Shown: one piece after another, positions 18,668-26,213 of the stretch
Layout: every line of letters begins with the position of its first letter
Numbering within the stretch: position 1 is the first letter of the stretch
DNA from: Thermodesulfobacteriota bacterium
Lineage (GTDB): Bacteria; Desulfobacterota_D; UBA1144; Nemesobacterales; N074bin48
DNA length: 26,213 nucleotides
Direction of reading: 5' to 3'
Assembly (NCBI GenBank): GCA_041572575.1
Contig: JBFFSH010000033.1
Location: 1 to 26,213, forward strand
The notes under the pieces: model-generated
What the model was told of the DNA's origin: nothing
What the model saw: the letters and a program-made list of their open reading frames with translations, nothing else
The model's database searches: none
Position numbers and translations under genes: made by a program

Positions 18668-21600
18668 TTATAAAGCAGATGTTGTTGTTTCTTCTTCCTC
18701 TTCCTGTAATTCAATATCCAGGGCAAGGGCCTGTAATTCGTTTTGCAGTACTTTAAAAGACTCGGGAATTCCCGGCTCAAAATCCATATTACCTTTTACG
18801 ATTGAATCAAATACTCTTGTTCTACCTATTACATCATCAGATTTAACCGTGAGAAATTCCTGTAGAGTATAAGATGCGCCATAAGCTTCCAGTGCCCATA
18901 CTTCCATTTCACCAAGCCTCTGTCCGCCAAAATGCGCCTTACCACCAAGTGGCTGTTGAGTAACAAGAGAATAAGGTCCTATGGCACGTGCGTGAATTTT
19001 TTCATCTACAAGATGATGAAGTTTTAGCATATACATAACCCCTACTGCTACTTTTTGATCAAACGGCTCTCCGGTTCTACCATCGAAAAGAATAGTCTTA
19101 CCTTCAAGTGGAAGTCCTGCTTGCGCTAACATTGATTTAATCTCAGACTCTTCGGTTCCATCAAACACAGGAGTCTTTACCGGTATTCCTTCATCATATT
19201 TTTCAATCAGTTCCAATACCTGTTCGTCGTTTAATTGTTTTATATATTTATTTACGTTGGGCTCATCAAATATATCCATTAGCTTTTTCTTAAGAACCTC
19301 TGGGCTGTATTCTGTTTGCATATATTCTTGTATCTGATTGCCAAGTTCTTTTGCGGCCCAGCCCAGGTGAGTTTCGAGAATCTGCCCGACGTTCATCCTT
19401 GAAGGTACACCAAGCGGATTCAATACCATATCTACAGGAGTTCCGTCCGGTAAATAAGGCATGTTCTCTACAGGAACTATATTAGAAACAACACCTTTGT
19501 TTCCATGCCTTCCCGCCATTTTATCTCCAACAGAAAGCTTCCTTTTAACAGCAACATATACTTTGACAACTTTCAGTACTCCCGGGGGCAGTTCATCGGG
19601 TTTTGATATTTTGGTAAGTTTATTGTCATAGACCATTTTTATAAGGTCTGTCTGTTCGAGTGTTCTTTCTATAACCTTTTTTACTTCGTGCTCGATTGAT
19701 TCACTTTCTTTTACGCTTATATCCGCAAGTTTTTCAAATGGTATTGTATCAAGAATTTCATCTGTAATGGTATCCCCAGGTTTTAGCACTGCCTTTCTGT
19801 TTACGTTTAGTTTTGATGCAGATGTTTTTCCCGAAAGTTTAGTCTTGATTTTATCTACAGAGTCTTCTTTTAAAATCTTAATTTCATCATCTCTGTCCTG
19901 TTTAAGTTTAGTAACCTCAAAATCTTCGATGCTTTTTGCTCTCTCATCTTTCTCGGCAACTCTCGATACCAGCATCTTCACATCTATTACGGTTCCATTT
20001 ACCCCCGGTGAAGCCTTTAAAGAAGTATCTTTTACATCGCCGGCTTTATCTCCAAAGATCGCTCTAAGTAGTCTTTCTTCTGGTGAGAGCTGTGTTTCAC
20101 CTTTCGGTGATATCTTACCAACAATAATGTCTCCTGCTCTTACCTCAGCACCAATTCGAATGATTCCACTTTCATCTAAATTCCTAAGCGCATCATCACC
20201 AACATTTGGTATGTCCCTTGTTATTTCTTCTCTTCCAAGCTTGGTTTCTCTTGCAATACACTCAAACTCTTCGACATGAATTGAGGTAAAACTGTCTTCT
20301 TTTACAAGTCTTTGACTTATAAGGATGGCATCTTCAAAGTTGTATCCACCCCATGGCATAAATGCTACAATAGCATTTTGTCCAAGGGCAAGCTCACCAT
20401 ACTGAGTAGACGGGCCATCGGCAATAATCTGCCCCCCACTTATTTTTTCACCCTTCTTAACTATTGGTATTTGGTTCCAGCATGTATTTTGATTAGATTT
20501 TTGAAATTTTAATAAATTATACAACTCCACACCGGCTTCAGCTCCGTTTTCCTCTTCTATTCCTCTTATAACTATCTTTGAAGCATCAACAAACTCTACA
20601 ATCCCATCTCTCTTGGCAACCACAGTCACTCCTGAATCTTTTGCCACGATGTTTTCAAATCCCGTTCCCACAAGTGGGGCTTTTGACTTAATTAGAGGTA
20701 CAGCCTGCCTCTGCATGTTCGATCCCATAAGAGCCCTGTTTGCATCATCATGCTCCAAAAAAGGAATGAGTGATGCTGAAACAGAAACAAGCTGTGCGGG
20801 GGAAACATCCATTAGCTGAACATTTTCAGCCTCAGTTATTAAAAACTCTCCCTTGTGTCTTGAAGATATTAAATCGTTTTTAAATTTTCCATTTTCATCA
20901 ATAGGCGCATTAGCCTGAGCAATAATGTACTGTTCTTCTTCAAGCGCGTTTAAATATCTTATTTCCTTAGTAACTACAGCATTTTCTACAATTCTGTATG
21001 GTGTTTGAATAAACCCGTGGTCATTTATCTTGGCATATGTACTAAGACTTGAGATTAGACCAATATTAGGCCCTTCAGGTGTTTCAATAGGACAGATTCT
21101 TCCATAGTGAGATGAATGTACGTCTCTAACTTCAAAACCTGCTCTCTCTCTAGTAAGACCCCCCGGGCCAAGAGCGCTAAGTCTTCTTTTATGTGTGATC
21201 TCTGATAGCGGATTTGTTTGATCCATAAACTGTGAAAGCTGTCCTGTAGTAAAAAATTCTTTTACCACTGAAATCACTGTCTTTGGAATCACAAGCTCAC
21301 TTGGCATGAGGTTTTCCACTGCCTGATATCCCATTTTTTCCTTAACAGATCTGGCAAGCCTTTCCAGTCCATGGTAAAACCTGTCCTCTACAAGTTCTCC
21401 CACTGTTCTAACCCTTCTGTTACCCAGATGGTCGATATCATCAGTTGATCCCCTGCCGCCTCTTAAATTTAGTATATATCTTACGGATTCGAGAATATCC
21501 TCTTTGGTAAGAGTCATTGTTTCTTCAGATATTCCATGGTCTAGCTTATAATTTATTTTAAGCCTTCCCACCTGAGACAATCTATATGTATCAGGATTGA

Positions 21601-22798
21601 AGAACATATTATTAAAAAATGTTTCAGCAACATTATATGTAGGAGGATCAGTTGGTCTGAACTTTTTATAAATATCTATTATAGCTTCTTCAGTATTTGC
21701 AATTTTATCAACAAGAATAGTATTTCTAAGAGATGCAACCACTGAAACGTTATCAATATAAAATAGTTTAAATTCCTTTACTCCAGAAGACTTTAGAACT
21801 TCAAGTTTTTCTTCGTCAATCTCTTCATTAAAGTTTAATATTATTTCATCATTAGCGTCTTTTAGCTCATCAGCAGATATCCTTCCTATTATGTCAGTAG
21901 ACAAAATAGGTATGCGGTCAAGACCTGCGGATGTTACTCTATCAATAGAATTCTTTACAAACCTTCTACCTTTTTTCACTAACACCTTAGATGTATTAGG
22001 ATCAACTATATCTACACTACAGCGCTGATAGGATAAAAGCTCCGGGTCAATTGACTTATGGACATCATCTCCATCCATATAAACAGTTTCAGAAGGGTAG
22101 TAATAATACATAATCTCACGGTTGCTAAGACCAAGAGCCTTTAGGAGCACAGATGAAGGAAATCTCTTCTTTCTATCGATTCTTACCTGCAGTAAATCCT
22201 TTGCATCAAACTCAAAATCAAGCCATCTGCCGTCCTGAGGGACTATCCTTGCAGAGTAGGTAGATCTGCCTGTTGTTGTATCCTTTGCAGATACCTGATC
22301 AAAAAACACACCTGGGGAGCGGTGAAGTTGGTTTACAATTACCCTTTCAGTACCATTTACGATAAATGCACCGTTTTCGGTCATAAGAGGAATTTCACCA
22401 AAATATACTTCCTGTTCTTTTACATCTCTTATCGATTTTTCTTCAGGGGCATCTTCAGGGCTTTCCCATATTACCAGTCTGAATGTTACATACAGCGGAG
22501 CAACATAGGTATATCCTTTCAGTCTGCATTCAAGTGGTTCGTGCTTGGGTTTTTCAAACCTGTATTTAACATATTCCAAAGTTGCTTTCTCATTGTAATC
22601 TTCAACAGGAAAGACAAGCTCAAACGCTCTTTGAATACCCTGATTTTGAATTTGCTCAGGATCAACGTCAATCTGCAGAAATTCAAGATAAGATTTAATC
22701 TGAACATCCAGCAAATGTGGATTTTCTAAAATAGGTGGTATCTTTGAAAATGATTTTCTAAATCGGAGTGTGTTTGCACCATTTAAATTATGACTCAA
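18668..22798 (-). CDS. rpoB: DNA-directed RNA polymerase subunit beta
   Basis: [53 protein letters not shown] start with GGGGAGGTG SD. Confidence 0.99.
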   Translation of the reverse strand: MSHNLNGANTLRFRKSFSKIPPILENPHLLDVQIKSYLEFLQIDVDPEQIQNQGIQRAFELVFPVEDYNEKATLEYVKYRFEKPKHEPLECRLKGYTYVAPLYVTFRLVIWESPEDAPEEKSIRDVKEQEVYFGEIPLMTENGAFIVNGTERVIVNQLHRSPGVFFDQVSAKDTTTGRSTYSARIVPQDGRWLDFEFDAKDLLQVRIDRKKRFPSSVLLKALGLSNREIMYYYYPSETVYMDGDDVHKSIDPELLSYQRCSVDIVDPNTSKVLVKKGRRFVKNSIDRVTSAGLDRIPILSTDIIGRISADELKDANDEIILNFNEEIDEEKLEVLKSSGVKEFKLFYIDNVSVVASLRNTILVDKIANTEEAIIDIYKKFRPTDPPTYNVAETFFNNMFFNPDTYRLSQVGRLKINYKLDHGISEETMTLTKEDILESVRYILNLRGGRGSTDDIDHLGNRRVRTVGELVEDRFYHGLERLARSVKEKMGYQAVENLMPSELVIPKTVISVVKEFFTTGQLSQFMDQTNPLSEITHKRRLSALGPGGLTRERAGFEVRDVHSSHYGRICPIETPEGPNIGLISSLSTYAKINDHGFIQTPYRIVENAVVTKEIRYLNALEEEQYIIAQANAPIDENGKFKNDLISSRHKGEFLITEAENVQLMDVSPAQLVSVSASLIPFLEHDDANRALMGSNMQRQAVPLIKSKAPLVGTGFENIVAKDSGVTVVAKRDGIVEFVDASKIVIRGIEEENGAEAGVELYNLLKFQKSNQNTCWNQIPIVKKGEKISGGQIIADGPSTQYGELALGQNAIVAFMPWGGYNFEDAILISQRLVKEDSFTSIHVEEFECIARETKLGREEITRDIPNVGDDALRNLDESGIIRIGAEVRAGDIIVGKISPKGETQLSPEERLLRAIFGDKAGDVKDTSLKASPGVNGTVIDVKMLVSRVAEKDERAKSIEDFEVTKLKQDRDDEIKILKEDSVDKIKTKLSGKTSASKLNVNRKAVLKPGDTITDEILDTIPFEKLADISVKESESIEHEVKKVIERTLEQTDLIKMVYDNKLTKISKPDELPPGVLKVVKVYVAVKRKLSVGDKMAGRHGNKGVVSNIVPVENMPYLPDGTPVDMVLNPLGVPSRMNVGQILETHLGWAAKELGNQIQEYMQTEYSPEVLKKKLMDIFDEPNVNKYIKQLNDEQVLELIEKYDEGIPVKTPVFDGTEESEIKSMLAQAGLPLEGKTILFDGRTGEPFDQKVAVGVMYMLKLHHLVDEKIHARAIGPYSLVTQQPLGGKAHFGGQRLGEMEVWALEAYGASYTLQEFLTVKSDDVIGRTRVFDSIVKGNMDFEPGIPESFKVLQNELQALALDIELQEEEEETTTSAL

Positions 22799-22882
22799 TT
22801 CTACACACCTCCCCTGTTAGTTTTTGGATAAAAAACGTAAAAGTTATAACAAATATTCTGTAGATTAATGTAAAAGATAGGC

Positions 22883-23272
22883 TTATTGTACTTCTACTCC
22901 TGCACCAGTTTCTTCTAATTTCTTTTTAATATCGTCGGCTTCTTCTTTAGAAAGGCCTTCTTTAATTGCTTTGGGTGCAGATTCTACCAGTTCCTTTGCT
23001 TCTTTTAGTCCGAGAGCGGTAATTTCTCTTACAGCTTTAATAACCTGTATTTTATTATCACCAATCGATTGCAGTACAACATTGAATTCGGTCTTTTCAG
23101 CACCTGCGGCGGCTTGATCATCTGCTCCACCTACGGGGGCTGCAACTGCAACTGCGGGTGCTGCTGCTGTAACGCCAAATTTATCTTCTACTTCTTTTAT
23201 TAACTCTGAAAGCTCAAGCATTGTTGAATTTTCAAGGTATGTAAGAACATCAGCTCTAGTAACTTCAGCCAT
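22883..23272 (-). CDS. rplL: 50S ribosomal protein L7/L12
   Basis: KFGVTAAAP hinge, [40 protein letters not shown]. Confidence 0.98.
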   Translation of the reverse strand: MAEVTRADVLTYLENSTMLELSELIKEVEDKFGVTAAAPAVAVAAPVGGADDQAAAGAEKTEFNVVLQSIGDNKIQVIKAVREITALGLKEAKELVESAPKAIKEGLSKEEADDIKKKLEETGAGVEVQ

Positions 23273-23325
23273 TTTAGTTTCCTCCTAAGGATAATAATTG
23301 TTGATTTTTCATTTAATTTTTAAAT

Positions 23326-23847
23326 TTAAGACTCTTTTGTATTTTTAACCTCATTTAACGCATAAACCAGTTTAGTCTGCATATTTTTAATAGTAGCAAG
23401 AAAACCAGTCAGTGGACTGTTTAACATTCCAACAAACTGCCCGAGCATTGCTTCTCTGGAAGGTAGTTTTGATAAGCTTGTAATCTCGGACTCACTTAGA
23501 ACGCTGCCATCAACTAAGCCTCCTTTGAGTTTTACCTGAGGAAGTGTTTTAATTGAATCGACAAATGCTTTTGCGATAGAAACAGGATCTTCTTTGGATA
23601 TTGCTACTGCTGTAGGCCCTATAAACATATCAGCTATTTTTTCGACCTCACTGCCTTCAGCGCCGTATTTCAGTACCGAGTTTTTAACTACCGAAAACTG
23701 AGCATTAGCTTTTTTTACGCTTCTTCTAAGATCCTGTATCTCTTTAACAGTAAGCCCCTTATAGTCGAGCACAAATACAGAAGATGCCTCCTTAAACTTT
23801 TCACCGTAATCTTTTGCAAGATCAATTTTCTGTTGTTTACTAAGCAT
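23326..23847 (-). CDS. rplJ: 50S ribosomal protein L10
   Basis: DYKGLTV...[21 protein letters not shown]; position between rplA and rplL. Confidence 0.97.
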   Translation of the reverse strand: MLSKQQKIDLAKDYGEKFKEASSVFVLDYKGLTVKEIQDLRRSVKKANAQFSVVKNSVLKYGAEGSEVEKIADMFIGPTAVAISKEDPVSIAKAFVDSIKTLPQVKLKGGLVDGSVLSESEITSLSKLPSREAMLGQFVGMLNSPLTGFLATIKNMQTKLVYALNEVKNTKES

Positions 23848-23869
23848 TTAATAACTCCCTTATATATTT

Positions 23870-24592
23870 CTATGCAGCAAAATCAAATGTTTTGATCTGT
23901 TCTTTAATATCATTAATATCTACTTTTATACCAGGCCCCATGGTGTTTGATATAACTATTTTTCTAAGATATACACCTTTTGAAGCAGATGGTTTCATTT
24001 TCATAATAGCATCTAGCAATGACAAGAAATTAGCTTTTAACTTATCTACAGAAAATGAAGATTTTCCAAACGGAGCATGTACAACGCCGCCCTTATCATT
24101 TTTTATCTCTATTCTTCCAGCCTTTGAATCCTCGACTGCTTTTTTTACTTCAAAAGTAACCGTGCCAACCTTAGGACTTGGCATTAGCCCCCTGGGACCG
24201 AGCACTTTACCAAGTTTACCAACACTGCTCATAACATCCGGAGTGGCTACAGCTACATCAAAATCAAACCAGTTCTCATTTTGTATTTTTTCAACAAGAT
24301 CATCGGAACCTACATAATCAGCCCCTGCATCCTGAGCCTCTTTTACTTTCTCACCCTTTGCAAAAACGAGTACTTTGATATCCTTGCCAACTCCATGAGG
24401 AAGAACTTTTGCTCCTCTAAGCTGTTGATTAGCCTGCCTTGGATCAATGCCAAGTTTAATAGCAAGCTCGACAGTTTCATCAAATTTTGCTACTTTTGTC
24501 TCCGATATAAGCCCAAGCGATTCATCCACGCTATACAACTTATCAATGTCTACTTTTTGTTTAGCTGCTATGTAATTTTTCCCTGATGCCAT
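23870..24592 (-). CDS. rplA: 50S ribosomal protein L1
   Basis: [42 protein letters not shown]. Confidence 0.98.
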   Translation of the reverse strand: MASGKNYIAAKQKVDIDKLYSVDESLGLISETKVAKFDETVELAIKLGIDPRQANQQLRGAKVLPHGVGKDIKVLVFAKGEKVKEAQDAGADYVGSDDLVEKIQNENWFDFDVAVATPDVMSSVGKLGKVLGPRGLMPSPKVGTVTFEVKKAVEDSKAGRIEIKNDKGGVVHAPFGKSSFSVDKLKANFLSLLDAIMKMKPSASKGVYLRKIVISNTMGPGIKVDINDIKEQIKTFDFAA

Positions 24593-24613
24593 TTCTTGCT
24601 CCTAATTTTAATA

Positions 24614-25030
24614 TTACTGTATTTCAAGCCCCATACTTCGGGCTGTACCTTCGATAATCCTCATTGCTGATTCTATTGTATCAGCATTAAGGTCTTCCAT
24701 TTTGGTATTAGCTATTTCTTGAATCTGATCTTTAGTAACTTTGCCTGCTTTAACTCTAGGAACCTCACTGGATCCTTTTTTGATTTTTGCTGCTTTTTTA
24801 AGTAAATAGGAAACCGGTGGAGTTTTTACAACAAACGAAAACGACCTGTCAGCATATACGATAACCGTAACCGGCAGAAGGTCTGGTGAATTTTGTGTTT
24901 GTGCATTAAATGCCTTACAAAACTCCATAATGTTTACCCCTCTTTGACCCAGAGCAGGTCCTACAGGAGGTGATGGTGATGCCTTGCCGCCTTCGATTAA
25001 TAGTTTAATTTGTCCTACTTCTTTTTTCAT
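24614..25030 (-). CDS. rplK: 50S ribosomal protein L11
   Basis: [32 protein letters not shown]. Confidence 0.98.
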   Translation of the reverse strand: MKKEVGQIKLLIEGGKASPSPPVGPALGQRGVNIMEFCKAFNAQTQNSPDLLPVTVIVYADRSFSFVVKTPPVSYLLKKAAKIKKGSSEVPRVKAGKVTKDQIQEIANTKMEDLNADTIESAMRIIEGTARSMGLEIQ

Positions 25031-25032
25031 AG

Positions 25033-25590
25033 CTATAATTTCTCCACTTGATTAAAGTCTAGTTCGATTGGTGTAGTTCTTCCAAAAATAGTTACATTAA
25101 CCTGTACTTTAGCTTTATCGGAATTCACCTCTTCTATCACTCCAGTAAAATTAGCAAAAGGACCCTCATTAACCTTAACAGTCTCACCTTTTTCATAAAA
25201 AATCTTAGGTTTGGGTTTAAGGCTTCCTTCCTCAACCTGAGTTTTGATCTTCATTACTTCATTCTCATCAATGTCAGGAACAGAGTTGGGGTCAATTTTA
25301 CCGTCTTTTAACTTTCCTCCTACAAAACCTATTACCTTGGGAATATCCCTTAGAAAATGCCAGGTTACTTCATTTAATTCCATATTTACTAGTATATAAC
25401 CAGGGAAGAACTTTCTAATTGAAGTTTTTCTCTTGCCATCTTTAGCAGCTTCAACAATGGTTTCAGTAGGAATAAGCACTTCAGAAATAGAATCTTCGAG
25501 ATTTTCCGCTTTAGCCCTGTCGGTTATATAGGTTTTTACCCTGTCTTCAAATCCTGTGTTAGTATGTACAACATACCATCTTTTTGACAT
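25033..25590 (-). CDS. nusG: Transcription termination/antitermination factor NusG
   Basis: [20 protein letters not shown] motif [23 protein letters not shown]. Confidence 0.98.
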   Translation of the reverse strand: MSKRWYVVHTNTGFEDRVKTYITDRAKAENLEDSISEVLIPTETIVEAAKDGKRKTSIRKFFPGYILVNMELNEVTWHFLRDIPKVIGFVGGKLKDGKIDPNSVPDIDENEVMKIKTQVEEGSLKPKPKIFYEKGETVKVNEGPFANFTGVIEEVNSDKAKVQVNVTIFGRTTPIELDFNQVEKL

Positions 25591-25613
25591 ATTATTATTC
25601 TCTCCGTAAAGCT

Positions 25614-25817
25614 TTAAGCTAATACGTACTTAACCACCATCGAAAAAAGCGAATCAACACCAAAAAGAAAACCAATGAGTATTGTTGATATAACAACTAC
25701 AGCCAGTGTTGATTTAAGTGTATCATTTAAAAATGGCCAGGTAATTTTTGTTATCTCTACCTCTACATCTTTTAAAAAATCGCTTGTTCTATTCTTTAGA
25801 TCGTTAAAATTGCTCAT
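25614..25817 (-). CDS. secE: Preprotein translocase subunit SecE
   Basis: FLKDV.VE..KITWP motif plus one transmembrane helix; canonical position between tRNA-Trp and nusG. Confidence 0.93.
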   Translation of the reverse strand: MSNFNDLKNRTSDFLKDVEVEITKITWPFLNDTLKSTLAVVVISTILIGFLFGVDSLFSMVVKYVLA

Positions 25818-25841
25818 ATTTAATAATTAATAAATTTTATT

Positions 25842-25915
25842 CAGGGCAGGAGGGACTCGAACCCCCAACCGCTTGATTTGGAGTCAAGTGCTCTAGCCAA
25901 TTGAGCCACTGCCCT
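25842..25915 (-). tRNA. trnW: tRNA-Trp (CCA); 3' CCA end not encoded
   Basis: Hand-folded cloverleaf: acceptor AGGGCAG/CTGCCCT, D-stem GCTC/GAGC, anticodon arm CTTGA-CTCCAAA-TCAAG, T-arm GGGGG-TTCGAGT-CCCTC, discriminator G. Confidence 0.97.
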
Positions 25916-26074
25916 TTATTTTGTTTCCTTATGCTGTGTATGCTTCTTGCACCATCTGCAATATTTTTTAAATTCAAGCTTTTCACTATGGTTTCTTTTA
26001 TTCTTGATTGTAGAGTAATTCCTTCTTTTACAATCTCCACAGGCAAGCGTTACATTTACTGTGTTATCACCCAT
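25916..26074 (-). CDS. rpmG: 50S ribosomal protein L33, zinc-binding (C+) type (not in ORF track)
   Basis: Manual translation: [52 protein letters not shown] (52 aa) with two CxxC motifs. Confidence 0.97.
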   Translation of the reverse strand: MGDNTVNVTLACGDCKRRNYSTIKNKRNHSEKLEFKKYCRWCKKHTQHKETK

Positions 26075-26083
26075 TTTTTATCA

Positions 26084-26213
26084 TTACTCCAATATTTTAG
26101 TTACCACACCGGCACCTACTGTTCTGCCGCCTTCTCTTATTGCAAACCTCAGCTTCTCTTCCATTGCCACTTCTGTTATTAACTCCACAACCATGTTGAT
26201 GTTATCCCCAGGC
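26084..26213 (-). CDS. tuf: Elongation factor Tu, C-terminal end (partial)
   Basis: Manual translation: [46 protein letters not shown]. Confidence 0.98.
   Translation of the reverse strand, partial: PGDNINMVVELITEVAMEEKLRFAIREGGRTVGAGVVTKILE

Noticed and set aside
21160..21262. Possible rifampicin-resistance substitutions in RpoB cluster I (FFTTGQ instead of FFGSSQ)
   Set aside because: The key contact residues equivalent to E. coli Q513, D516, H526, R529, S531 and L533 are all conserved.
8599..24586. Numerous 60-170 aa antisense or alternate-frame ORFs inside purL, purF, valS, rpoC, rpoB and rplA
   Set aside because: No recognisable motifs; expected shadows of long conserved genes.
25837..26182. 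ORFs 25837..26046 (-) and 25901..26182 (+)
   Set aside because: They overlap tRNA-Trp, rpmG and tuf, which fully explain the sequence.

Overview
AT-rich bacterial chromosomal window. RpoB, RpoC and the ribosomal proteins look deltaproteobacteria-like (Desulfobacterota/Dadabacteria-type lineage is an unverified impression). The right two-thirds is housekeeping: purL-purF on +, converging on a compact minus-strand run tuf(3' end)-rpmG-tRNA-Trp-secE-nusG-rplK-rplA-rplJ-rplL-rpoB-rpoC-valS. The left 8 kb is accessory. It holds the start of a probable IS1595-family transposase at the edge, a stand-alone cNMP-binding protein, an HNH protein, a DUF4922/HIT-like nucleotidyltransferase and an Ala/Asp-repeat lipoprotein. 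The standout element is a CarH/LitR-type B12-dependent photoreceptor gene divergent from an RpoD/RpoS-like (non-ECF) sigma factor gene. The sigma gene heads a putative operon sigma-TIGR01777-pdxH-ndh-lipoprotein. The 168-bp intergenic region carries two mirror-image TTGACA-N5-TAGACA promoter/operator modules and seven 11-bp TnnACA repeats of the CarH operator type. This suggests a light- and B12-gated sigma cascade with no adjacent carotenoid genes. All family assignments come from motif recognition, not database searches.
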